A stretch of DNA of 64,000 bases, from NCBI GenBank assembly GCA_051362555.1, contig CM120643.1, forward strand, positions 13,986,644 to 14,050,643, given 5' to 3'. The notes under the pieces are model-generated. The model saw only the letters and a list, made by a program, of their open reading frames with translations. It did not search any database and was not told the DNA's origin. Positions 10,467 through 20,988 of the stretch are shown here, one piece after another. How positions within the stretch are numbered: position 1 is the stretch's first letter; each line of letters starts with the position of its first letter. This stretch comes from Lingula anatina. Lineage: Eukaryota > Animalia > Brachiopoda. The translations under genes were made by a program, and so were the position numbers.

Positions 10467-13022
10467 ATGTCCACACCTGAAGAAGAAGCCAGGCAAGAAG
10501 CCGTCTCATCTCCATGGATATCCTCCTCAGGTGATGATAATACAAGTGCGGCTGTTCCGAAAATGGATCTAAATTCAGCTAGAGAAAATGCACCTGGCAA
10601 CAAAGAAGGCGCTGAGACTGATTTAGCTATAGATAATGACAGAAATATACAACCTGTAGGGACAGCTGTTTGTGTTGAGAGAATGAATGAAGAGATTGGT
10701 GATAGCGATGTAAAAGAACCTCTTTCATCTCCCAGAAATAATCATACCGATTCCCAATGTATCTTAGGTGAAGATAATTCAAGCAGTAAAGATACAGAGC
10801 AGAGTCCCAGGTGCTTAGTCTGTGGACCTCGCAAAGACTCCCCCAAGACTGAATTCACAAAACTTTCCTCTTGTCCTGACATTGAGAGAGAAATAAGAGA
10901 ACTTTTAAAAGTCCTGTCCCCTCCTGATGAATCAGATGCTATTTGTGGCAGGTGCCTCGGTTTTATGAAAGTTTTTATTAACCTTAAAAATGATTTACTG
11001 ACAATGAAAAGGAAGATAATAGCCCTCCACATTGATGCACAGTTAGAACTACCAGAGAGTCACGGCTATGAGGAATCGGGTGGAGAGGATAATGAAACTG
11101 AAATGAGTGATTTAGAAAATAAATCGTGCAATCCCAACAATCAAGAACAAGATAGTGAGGTCCTAATCAAGCATGAAATTATTGATGTAGGGTTTGGTGA
11201 AGAAAATATTTCCAGTGAAGAAAAAGGAAGTCTCAAAAAATACAAGTGTCAGCACTGCAGTCAAAGTTTTACAGGAATGTATGATTTAAAGATACATCTA
11301 TTGAAGGAACATGAAAGTATTCACACTGGAGAAAAACCATTCCAGTGTCATTATTGTGACAAAAGTTTTCGCAGAAAAAACAACTGTGTACAGCATGAAA
11401 AAATACACAAACCATTTAAATGTAAGATTTGCTTCAAGAACTTTACAACTAAAGAAGAGTGTGCTGAGCATGAAAACACTCACACAGGGGAAAGGCGTTA
11501 CAAGTCAATTATAAATACATTTAAATGTCAATATTGTAATGAGAAATTTTTCAGTAAAAGTGCATGTTCAAAACATGAAAAAGGGTGTTTGGATAACAAG
11601 GCTTTAAAATCTCAAAGGAAAAGTGGACGCGAGGTAAAGAATGAAAACAAAAAAGAAGTCACCAACTCTGCAGCTCATATGTATAAGTGCTCACATTGTG
11701 ATAAAACATTTACTCGAAGAAATACACTTGTTTTGCATGAACTGATTCATACAGATGATAGACTCAAGTGTAAACAATGTGAAAAAACTTTCACCAGTAA
11801 AGCTGATTTATGGGAGCATGAAAAAATCCATGAATTGAAATGTTCTCATTGTGGTAAAACATGTCGGGGCATGAGAGCTCTTTACAAACATGAGAAAATT
11901 CATTCTGTGGAAAAGTCAAACTCCAATACAAAAATATGCAGGTGCTCACATTGTGATAAAACATTCAGCAGGAGAAGTGCACTTGTTTTACATGAAATGA
12001 TTCACACAGGGGACAGACTGAAATGTAAACAATGTGAACAATCTTTTATCAGGAAAGATGATTTAGTAGAGCACGAGAAAGTGCATGAATTTAAATGCTC
12101 TCATTGTGGAAAAACGTGCTGGGGAATGAAAGCTCTCAATAAGCATGAAAAGATTCACACTGGGGAGAAACCACATAAATGTAACACCTGTGATAAGTCA
12201 TTTGCCTCTCGGGTCGACTTAGAAGTGCATGAAAGATGCCACACAGGAGAGAAGCCCTATCTATGTCAGTACTGTACCAAAAGCTTTGCTCAAAGTTCAA
12301 CTTTGAAGTTACATGAAAGGACCCAACACACTCGCGAAAAACCATATAAATGCCAGTACTGTGGACAGGGCTTTCCTGTAAAATTAGCCTGTGAAGAACA
12401 TGAACGGTTTCACACTGGTGAAAAGCCTTTTAAGTGTGATTATTGTGACAGAAGATTTGTGAGGAAATCTAATTGGAGAGATCATGTGAAAACCCACCTT
12501 GGCATTAAACCGCATGTGTGCTCATACTGTGGAAAAGGTTTCCGTGACAGAGGCACCCTTGCTACACATGAAAGGACTCACACTGGGGAGAGACCATTTA
12601 AATGCAAGTACTGTGATAAAGCATTCATAAGAAAATCTAATTGCAATGCACATGAAAAAAGTCATACTGGAGAGAAACCAGTTAAACAGCGACCATCTGA
12701 AAGTAAAGCAAAAAGTCCAGCAAAAAATCACAGAAGTCAGCACCCTGAAGATGACTTTAACAGTGAGAACTCTGATAGCTTGGTAATGAGTCAGCAGTTG
12801 GACAGTTCATTCATCAGTCAACAGTTTGATAGCACATATAGACCCCAGCACAGTGAGAGTACATTTAGACCTCAGCACACTGACAGTACATTTAGATCTC
12901 AGCACATGGAAACCTCATTTAGGGGTCCACACTCCAGTAATGTGTTCCCTACTCCAGAGGCTGTTTATCACGGAGATAACCCTAATCCTTACATGTATGG
13001 CATGTATATGCCAGGGATGTGA
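10467..13022 (+). CDS. ZNF2: ZAD-like C2H2 zinc-finger protein (851 aa, ~16 fingers, 2 triplet cassettes)
   Basis: Single ORF with CLVC...ICGRC, IKHE, a 6-finger core shared with ZNF1, and a tail ending YMYGMYMPGM*. Confidence 0.93.
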   Translation: MSTPEEEARQEAVSSPWISSSGDDNTSAAVPKMDLNSARENAPGNKEGAETDLAIDNDRNIQPVGTAVCVERMNEEIGDSDVKEPLSSPRNNHTDSQCILGEDNSSSKDTEQSPRCLVCGPRKDSPKTEFTKLSSCPDIEREIRELLKVLSPPDESDAICGRCLGFMKVFINLKNDLLTMKRKIIALHIDAQLELPESHGYEESGGEDNETEMSDLENKSCNPNNQEQDSEVLIKHEIIDVGFGEENISSEEKGSLKKYKCQHCSQSFTGMYDLKIHLLKEHESIHTGEKPFQCHYCDKSFRRKNNCVQHEKIHKPFKCKICFKNFTTKEECAEHENTHTGERRYKSIINTFKCQYCNEKFFSKSACSKHEKGCLDNKALKSQRKSGREVKNENKKEVTNSAAHMYKCSHCDKTFTRRNTLVLHELIHTDDRLKCKQCEKTFTSKADLWEHEKIHELKCSHCGKTCRGMRALYKHEKIHSVEKSNSNTKICRCSHCDKTFSRRSALVLHEMIHTGDRLKCKQCEQSFIRKDDLVEHEKVHEFKCSHCGKTCWGMKALNKHEKIHTGEKPHKCNTCDKSFASRVDLEVHERCHTGEKPYLCQYCTKSFAQSSTLKLHERTQHTREKPYKCQYCGQGFPVKLACEEHERFHTGEKPFKCDYCDRRFVRKSNWRDHVKTHLGIKPHVCSYCGKGFRDRGTLATHERTHTGERPFKCKYCDKAFIRKSNCNAHEKSHTGEKPVKQRPSESKAKSPAKNHRSQHPEDDFNSENSDSLVMSQQLDSSFISQQFDSTYRPQHSESTFRPQHTDSTFRSQHMETSFRGPHSSNVFPTPEAVYHGDNPNPYMYGMYMPGM

Positions 13023-14150
13023 ATGTTGCATGTCACAAATTAAGCCTACTGTTCTGAAGACATACACATCTACTTCATACATTCATCTTTCATTACTTAA
13101 TTAAAAAAAGGTTGAGAAGCCAGCTGTCAAAAGCAGTTGCGAAGAGTCTAGTCAGATTCACACTTTATACTAACTGGGCTGGTCCAACTCTGCCGGGAAC
13201 TCTGCAAAAAGTGCAGTCGGTGGAATTAGTTATACAACACAAGATGGTTCACCTGGATAACGTCTACAACAATGTACTAAAAATAGGATGTCACAAAAAT
13301 AACTCGCGTATATGACTAGTATGCCAATAAATGACTAATATGCCAAAATCTTGTTCAATTCACTTCCCAATTGAGACGGCTCAGTAGGTAGAAAAATGTC
13401 CGGGTTGTGTCAGTATTAAAGACGAACGGTAATGGTATTATTTCAATGGGGAAAGTTATCAATCTTTCCATTACATAACTGTGAACACTCAACAGATTTT
13501 GCTCTGATTTGTGACATACAGCACCTGTAGAAATCGCACCCCTGCTGTGCTTCTGAATGAAGAAAGAAAGATTTCTAATAAACTTTGAAGAAAAAGTCTA
13601 ACGTACTCCTTGAGAGAGATTTGTTAAAAATTATATTAAAGTTAACGGTCCTATTTCGATCGTTAGAACTAATGTTAAGGATACCCAAAGTTATTACAAT
13701 AATTGAGTTTAATTTGCTGACTTTGTTCTTTTCTTACTTGTCAAACGTAGAATAAAAACAATTGTTAAGTTTGTTTTGCAAAGCGATGCCTCCGCGTCAT
13801 TAAATCGCAATAAAATAAATTATTCCCGTGGAACTTAGGACTTCAAATCTTGGGAGGAAGACGGGGCTAGTTTTAAAATGTGTCAGTTAAGTACACAGCG
13901 TTAACAGGAAACGTCTCAATGTTTTTTTTTTTTTTTTTTTAGAAGTTAAATTATGCGGTTTATATGCTTAAAGACGTACATCTTACAATCCAGCCGACAA
14001 CCGGACGCGTCGGTAATCTTTCCTCTTATCGTGCAAATAGGTAAATAAATAAAATAACAATGATAACAAAAACAGTGTAATCATAAGTCAGAAAAGGTTT
14101 GACCCCCCTCCCCAAACCGTCGAATTTACTCCGCGCAGAACGATGCTATA

Positions 14151-14409
14151 CAGTGGCAGATTTAAGGGGGTGGTCGGGGGGGGGGGGGGTTCTGAAAAAA
14201 AATCAAAGTAATATTCCCCTCTTAAAATTAGAATTTTGACAAGTTGAATCATAGTTCTAAACCGTACCGTATAACACCATTCGTACTCTAAAATACCTAA
14301 GTTTTGGGGACCCCGAACCTAAGGAAATACGGCAGGAGGGAGGGAGGTGGTCGGCTTCGCATCCGCGTACCCCTTCCCCCCCCTTCAAATAATCCTGGAT
14401 CCACCACTG
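14151..14409. mobile_element. hAT-like MITE (CAGTGGC termini), duplicated along with the gene units
   Basis: CAGTGGCAGATT ... GGATCCACCACTG. Copies at the same relative position at 25353-25630 (flanked by CTAAA/CTAAA) and ~32138-32413, and a partial copy at ~19610-19822. Confidence 0.65.
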
Positions 14410-14482
14410 CTAAATGCCATTATTTGAAATAAGAGGGACGTCAGCCAAGGGAGGGAAGGATCTCGGTATTTAACATTTACCA

Positions 14483-14644
14483 AACGAGGTAGACCAAGGA
14501 GACCTGGAGGAGAACCTTCGAGAATGACCTGCATAGAGGCAACATCAGGTGGGAGGAGATAGAGACGGCCGCTGCCGACCGAACAAGTTGGAAACAGTTT
14601 GCCGCCCAATGTCCTATGTTGGACAGGAGGACCTAAGACTAAGT
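14483..14644 (+). mobile_element. 3' fragment of an RTE-clade non-LTR retrotransposon
   Basis: Absent at the paralogous site near 32487 (tttacca|tgtttgaa). With one frameshift it translates as RGRP-ETWRRTFENDL...W...AADRTSWKQFAAQCP, a typical RTE ORF end, followed by a TAAGACTAAG tail. Confidence 0.75.
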
Positions 14645-14889
14645 TATTTGAAGGCGCCATGTACATCTTATCCGTCAAATATGTACCGGCCTAATTAAAT
14701 GCGATTTGATCCTAAATAAAAACTCGTGTAGAGGAGTCGAAGTGTTTAAAATTTCTTTCAGAAATAAGTAACTGCCATTCCCCTTTTCCAATTGTTATTA
14801 CAAAACCTTTAAAGACCAATTAAACGAAATTAATTGTCGCATCTCTCATAAGGTCCATGATGAAGCATAAATATTTATCGAGCAATTTG

Positions 14890-15303
14890 GGGCTATCCAT
14901 GACGTCATAAACAGGGCAGTGCTGTGGGTGTAACACTTGGAACTACTCGGATGTCTCCGCACTCGACAGTATGGAGCTTGCGGAGTCAGCCGAGGATTGC
15001 CGATTGGTGTAATAGTGTAATTAGCTAAAGAAACCAAGACAGGCTGAGCTTTAGGAGGTGAGCATATTGGTGATTTGCAACATTGCGTTATAATTCTATC
15101 AATTTGGCTAGGTTTTTATTTTCAGTCTATACTTTAAATAAACAAAAGAATACATTGATATACTCAGAAAAAAATTTTAAGTAAGAAAATATAAATGTCT
15201 TTATTTCATACAATCGAAAGACAGCACATTCCCTTTGTTCGCACTTGAATTGATTTTTCTCTAGCGAAACGACAAGATTGGGAGGTTATTGTTCGTTTTA
15301 AAG
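14890..15303 (+). promoter_or_regulatory. Conserved upstream block of ZNF3-ZNF8: CRE, putative 5'-UTR exon and intron
   Basis: TGACGTCA at 14900 (also 32750 and 41544; mutated in the ZNF4 and ZNF5 copies), GAG|GTGAG donor at 15058 and acceptor-like ttttaaag at 15303. The block is recognisable before each of six paralogs. Confidence 0.4.
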
Positions 15304-15364
15304 GTAATTTAAAGAAGATCTTGAGCAAGAAAAGACGACCCATAGCACAGCCATTACTGATGCC

Positions 15365-18196
15365 ATGTCTTCGTCAAGGGAAAGTTATAAAAACGCAATT
15401 AATGACGATCAAGAATGCGGATCAAATGGAAAGAATGTGACTTTGAACAAAGAAGGTACTTATAATGAATCCGATGAGGCCACAGATAATGATGGAGAAA
15501 TGCAACTAGATGCAAGGGATCATAGTGTGAAGGTTGAAAATGGTTGTGGCGATATGAATTCACCTGAATTCAGTAATCATGCTGATACACTGTGCATCAG
15601 CATCAAGATTTCTGATGATTCGATTAACAAAAAATTGAGAAGAAAACCTTTGTGCCTTATCTGTGGCCCACCCAAAGGCATCTTAAAAACTGAATACACA
15701 AAACTTTCTTCTTATCCTGATGTTGAAAAAGAAATCCGTGGACTGTTGAAAATACTTTCTCCTCCTCATGAATCAGATGCTTGTTGTGGCAGCTGTCTGG
15801 GTGTCATGAAAAATTTTTTGGTCATGAAAAGGAAGATAATAGCCCTCCACGTTGATGCACAGGTAGATCTACCAGACAGTCAAGGCGATGGGGAATCAGG
15901 AGAGGATCAGGAAATGAGTGATGGGGAAAATATATCTTGCAATACCAACAACCAAGATCAAAATAGTGAGGTGCTTATCAAACATGAAATAATTGACATC
16001 AGTTCTGGTGAGGACAATGACCATAGCAAAGAAAGGGAAAGCCTAAAAAAACATGAAGGAAATGGAAGGAAAACCCTATATTTGAAACCAAAAGTATACC
16101 ATTGCTCTTACTGTGAAAGAACATTCAACAGGGCAAATACACATGCATTGCATGAAAGATCCCACACTGGTGAAACAAATTATAAATGTGAATACTGTGA
16201 ATTGTCATTTACCAGGGCAACTGATCTGAAGGAGCATGGTAGAGTTCATGAGCTGAAATGCTCATATTGTGGAAAATCTTGTTGGGGGCCAAAAGCTCTG
16301 AAGAGACATGAGCTAGATTCTCACATTTCAAAGTTGCATCAGAGACCAAAAATATACAAGTGCTCTTACTGTGATAAAATAGTGACAAAGCAAAGTGCAC
16401 TTACTGTGCATGAAATGATTCACACTGATGATCGTCTCAAATGTAAACATTGTGAAAAATCATTTACAAAAAGGGATGATCTATTGGAGCACGATAAAAT
16501 CCATGAATTGAAGTGCTCTCATTGTGGTAAATCTTGTTGGGGAACAAAAGCTCTTTCCAGTCATGAAAGGATTCATGCTTGCAACAAATTGGACAGTAAT
16601 ACAGAAGTACTCAAATGCTCATTTTGTGATAAAACATTTACTCATAAGAGTTCACTTGTATTACATGAATTGATCCACACTGGTGATAGACTCAAATGTA
16701 AACACTGTGAAAAATCCTTTATGAGGAAGGAAGACTTATTGGAGCACGATAAAACTCATGGATTGAAATGTTCTTATTGTGGTAAATCTTGTAGGGGAAC
16801 AAAAGCTCTTAGAAAACATGAGAGGAATCACACTGTTGCACAATACCGCATGAAAATGGAAATATATCAGTGCTCTCAATGTAATGAAACATTTCAAAGG
16901 GAAAGCGAACTTTTCTTGCATGAAATAAGTCACACTGCTGACAAAGTCAAATGTAAACACTGTGAAGAAATTTTCAGTAAGAAAAGTGAGCTACTGGAGC
17001 ATGATAAAATCCATGAATTGAAATGTTCTCTGTGTGGAAAGTCTTGTTGGGGAACACAGGCTCTTGACAAGCATGAGAGGATTCACATTGATGATGAACC
17101 ATACACCACTGCAGAAAAGATAAAGTGCTCATACTGTGATGAAACTTTTAACGAAAGTGAACTCATTTTTCATGAAAAATCTCACACTATTGATGGATTC
17201 AAATGTCTCCAGTGTGAAAAGACATTTACTAAAAAAAGTGATTTAGTGGATCATGACAAGTCACATGAATTTAAATGTTGTCATTGTGGAAAATCTTGTT
17301 GGGGAAAGAGAGCACTTGACAAGCATGAGAAGTTTCATACTGTTGGAAGACCCTACAAATGTAACACCTGTGATAAGTCATTTTCATGTAGAAGATTTTT
17401 GCAAGACCATGAAAATACTCACACCGGAGAAAAACCTTATTTGTGCCAGTATTGTACCAAAAGCTTTGCCCAAACCTCGACTTTGAAATCTCATGAATTC
17501 ACCCAACATTCTGGAGAGAGGCCACACAAATGTCAATACTGTGGACAGGGCTTTGCCCTAAAATTGGCCTGTGAGGAACATGAACGCTTCCACACGGGGG
17601 AAAAGCCTTTCAAGTGTGATCACTGCGACAAGCGATTCGTAAGGAAAGCCAATTGGAGAGGTCATGTGAAAACCCACCTTGGAATTAAACCACAAATATG
17701 TTCATACTGTGGAAAAGGTTTCCGTGACAGAGGCACCCTTGCTAAACATGAAAGGACTCACACTGGGGAGAGACCATTTAAATGCAAATACTGTGATAAG
17801 GCTTTCAAAACTCAAACTCATCGCAGAACACATGAAAAGACGCACATTGGACAGAAAGCGGTTAAACATCAGACAGCTGAAAATAAAGTGAAAAGTCTAG
17901 CTAAAATTCACAATAGCCAGCGTGCTGAGGACGGATTTGACAGTGAAAACTCTGATGGTTTGGAAATGAGTCAGCAGTTGGACAGTTCATTCATCAGTCA
18001 ACAGTTTGATAGCACATATAGACCCCAGCAAAGTGAGAGTACATTCGGACCTCAGCACACTGACAGTGCATTTAGATCTCAGCAAACTTCATTTAGGGGT
18101 CCACACTCCAGTAATGTGTTCCCTACTCCAGAGGCTGTTTATCACGGAGATAACCCTAATCCTTACATGTATGGCATGTATATGCCAGGGATGTGA
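15365..18196 (+). CDS. ZNF3: ZAD-like C2H2 zinc-finger protein (943 aa, 21 fingers = 5 triplets + 6 core)
   Basis: Single ORF with CLIC-x40-CGSC, IKHE and tail YMYGMYMPGM*. Confidence 0.93.
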   Translation: MSSSRESYKNAINDDQECGSNGKNVTLNKEGTYNESDEATDNDGEMQLDARDHSVKVENGCGDMNSPEFSNHADTLCISIKISDDSINKKLRRKPLCLICGPPKGILKTEYTKLSSYPDVEKEIRGLLKILSPPHESDACCGSCLGVMKNFLVMKRKIIALHVDAQVDLPDSQGDGESGEDQEMSDGENISCNTNNQDQNSEVLIKHEIIDISSGEDNDHSKERESLKKHEGNGRKTLYLKPKVYHCSYCERTFNRANTHALHERSHTGETNYKCEYCELSFTRATDLKEHGRVHELKCSYCGKSCWGPKALKRHELDSHISKLHQRPKIYKCSYCDKIVTKQSALTVHEMIHTDDRLKCKHCEKSFTKRDDLLEHDKIHELKCSHCGKSCWGTKALSSHERIHACNKLDSNTEVLKCSFCDKTFTHKSSLVLHELIHTGDRLKCKHCEKSFMRKEDLLEHDKTHGLKCSYCGKSCRGTKALRKHERNHTVAQYRMKMEIYQCSQCNETFQRESELFLHEISHTADKVKCKHCEEIFSKKSELLEHDKIHELKCSLCGKSCWGTQALDKHERIHIDDEPYTTAEKIKCSYCDETFNESELIFHEKSHTIDGFKCLQCEKTFTKKSDLVDHDKSHEFKCCHCGKSCWGKRALDKHEKFHTVGRPYKCNTCDKSFSCRRFLQDHENTHTGEKPYLCQYCTKSFAQTSTLKSHEFTQHSGERPHKCQYCGQGFALKLACEEHERFHTGEKPFKCDHCDKRFVRKANWRGHVKTHLGIKPQICSYCGKGFRDRGTLAKHERTHTGERPFKCKYCDKAFKTQTHRRTHEKTHIGQKAVKHQTAENKVKSLAKIHNSQRAEDGFDSENSDGLEMSQQLDSSFISQQFDSTYRPQQSESTFGPQHTDSAFRSQQTSFRGPHSSNVFPTPEAVYHGDNPNPYMYGMYMPGM

Positions 18197-18643
18197 ATGT
18201 TGCATGTATCAAATTATTTACCATGCTCTGAAGCCTACTGCTCTGAAAACAAATGCATCTGCTTCAAACATACAACATTCATTATTTAATTAAAAATAAG
18301 TCGAGAAGCCAACTGCCAAAAGCAGTTGCTAAGGATCTAGTCATTATACTAACTGGGCTGGTCCGACTCTGTCGGGAACTCTGCAAAAAGTGCAATCAGT
18401 GGAATTCGCTATACAACACAATATAGTTCATTCCCCCCGCCCTGGTACTCAATACTTGTCAGACAATAAAGCTGATTTCATTGATTGCACTTCAGCAAGA
18501 ATCCCTTGCAGAGTTGGACTGATCAGTATGTGTGAATCTGATTGTGGTGTAAGAAATTTTAACTCCTTACATTAAAATGTGATTGATTTGCAAAGAAAAA
18601 AGTAAAATATTTGAAAGAAAAATTGAGCTCATGTTTTATCTTA

Positions 18644-18870
18644 GGGTGCTTTCCCAGAGATTTAGATCGATCTAAAGATTAAGTTTTAGATCGACCTAAC
18701 TCCCTGGGGGTTCACGCTAAATTGCAGTCAGCCTAGCGGACACCATAGTTAATTACCCCTCTTACAGCGTTTAGTAGACGGGACAAACGCTTAAGCCGGC
18801 CAAGCTGACAGTTATCTAGTGAGACTCCCCGCAGGGATAGATCGATCTAAAAATCTATGGAAATGGGGTG
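18644..18870. mobile_element. Harbinger/Tourist-like MITE with TTA TSD
   Basis: The paralogous empty site near 24271 reads ttttatc-TTA-cattatgg; here it reads TTA|element|TTA. Internal inverted TAGATCGATCTA motifs. Confidence 0.85.
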
Positions 18871-19996
18871 TTACATTATGGTACATAGACGAAGTTCGAG
18901 CCTTTCCCAAGTTAATAGTTCTTTAATAAAATGCTTGTTAAAAATGGAAGAAAGGGTAAAACGTCATTACCTTAAGGTCCCCAGGTCCTTTTTAATTACA
19001 TAAGCTAGGTTCACCAAGATTACAGTTAATTGGAAAGAAAGAGGGGGATGTTGGGGGATGATCCTGCACTTTGTAGATACTCTGTAGATATCGTGGATAA
19101 TGTCAACAACAAAGTACTAAAAAATAGGTGATATAAGTCAAAGTATTAAAAAGATGTCACAAAATTAACTCGCGTATATGACTAGCATGCCAAAATCTGG
19201 TTCAATTCACTTCCCAACTGAGACGGCTCAGTAGGTAGAAAAATGTTCGGGTTGTGTCAGATAAAGACGAACGGTAATGGTAATGAGGAAAAATTGTCAA
19301 TCTTTCCATTACATAATTGTGAACACTCAAGAGAATTTGCTCTGATTTTTGACATACAGCATCTGTAGAGATCTCACCCCTGCTGTGCTTCTGAAGGAAG
19401 AAAGAAAGATTTCTAATAAACTGTGAAGAAAAAAAGTCTACTCCTTGAGAAAGATCGTAAAAATTATATTAAAATTAACGGCCCTATTTCGATCGTTCTG
19501 GTTAGAACTAATGTTATGGATATTCAAAGTTATTATGATAATTGAGTTTAATTTGCTGATAATGTTTTTGTTTTTTACTTGTCGAACGTAGAATAAAAAC
19601 AAATGTTGAAAAAATTAAAGTAATATTCCCCTCTTGAAATTAGAATTTTGACAAATTGAATTATAGTTCTAAACCGTACCTTATGGCATCATTCGCCCTC
19701 TATAATACCAAAATTTTGGGGCCCCGAACCCAGGGAAATACGCCAGGGGGGAGGGGGGGGGGGTCGGCTTCGCATCCGCGTATCCCACCCCCGTCCTTCA
19801 AATAATCCCGGATCCGCCTTTGCTAAATACAATTACTTGAAATAAGAGGGACGTCAGCCAAGGGAGGGAAGGACCTCGGTATTTAATGTAGTATCAAATA
19901 TTTATCGAGCAATTTGGGGCTATCCACGATGTCATAAACCCGTCAGTGCTGTGGGTGTAACACTCGGAACTACTCGGATTTCTCCGCACTCGACAA

Positions 19997-20576
19997 TTGC
20001 ATGAATCCTAAAATACCGTCAGAAAAAAAGGCTATGCACGGTGTGCAACATGTGTTCAGTTGAAGATGAGTTCCATTTTATGATGATATGCCCCTGTTAT
20101 GCTCCACTGAGAGCCATATTCCTTAACCAGGTTAAAGATATACTGGGCAGTGCAGCCCCCGTGTCCATCAGTGAACTTTTTATTACCGTACTGCAATGTA
20201 ATGATTTTGATATTGCAAAATGCACAACTAATTTTATTTATGGTTGTTTTAAAGCTAGGGATATGAAAATTGCATCCATGCTGAATAAAACCTAGATTTT
20301 AACTGACGATGAAGTTTCCATATCCCCCTAAATAAAAGTTAGTTTAATATAAGGTTTAGTGTAGCCTATTATAGTTGAATCAGTTTTTTTCCCCTAGATC
20401 TATATTGATCTATATTGAGTAGGCCTAGTACTTGTACTTTCCCTGCTTTAGTCTAGACATTATATAATGTATATCAAACTGTATATGGTAATCACTCTGC
20501 GAATTACTTCTTGTATTTGTATTTGCTCATGCCCGGATGTAGGGCGATTGTCAATAAACTTCTGATTCTGATTCTA
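19997..20576 (+). mobile_element. 3' fragment of a non-LTR retrotransposon (CCHC-type ORF2 end; clade uncertain)
   Basis: Absent at the paralogous site near 14969. Encodes KRLCTVCNMCSVEDEFHFMMICPCYAPLR and ends with AATAAA plus a (TTCTGA)n tail. Confidence 0.75.
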
Positions 20577-20988
20577 TATGGAGCTTGCGGAGTCAGTCGA
20601 GGATTGCCGATTGGTGTAATAGTGTAATTAGCTAAAGAAACCAAGACAGGCTGAGCTTTAGGAGGTGAGCATATTGGTGAATTGCGACATTGCGTTATAG
20701 TTTTCTCAATTTGGCTAAATTTTTCTTTACAAAGTTGTCTATACTATAAATAAACAAAAGAATACATCGATATATACATAAAATTTAAATAAGAAAATTT
20801 AAATAAGAAAATGTAAATGACTTTATTTCATACAATCGAAAGACAGCACTTTCCCTTTGTTCGTACTTGAATTGATTTTTCTCTAGCGAAACGATATAAG
20901 ATTGGGAGATTATTTTTCATTTTTAAGGTTATTTAAAGAAGATCTTGAGCAAGAAAAGACGACCCATAGCACAGCCATTACTGATGCC

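Noticed and set aside
12826-13104. Recurrent alternative-frame ORF MIAHIDPS... (also 18006, 23630, 44650) as a conserved overlapping gene
   Set aside because: TTG start and variable length; the recurrence is explained by near-identity of the ZNF tail DNA.
13375-13410. tRNA/SINE A-box-like GGCTCAGTAGGTAGA (also ~19225, ~24625, and TAGCTCAG at ~52584)
   Set aside because: No B box or cloverleaf could be traced.
20902-20988. N-terminal extension of ZNF4 from a TTG start
   Set aside because: Paralogs start at the homologous ATG, and the upstream stretch is not open in ZNF3, 5 or 6.
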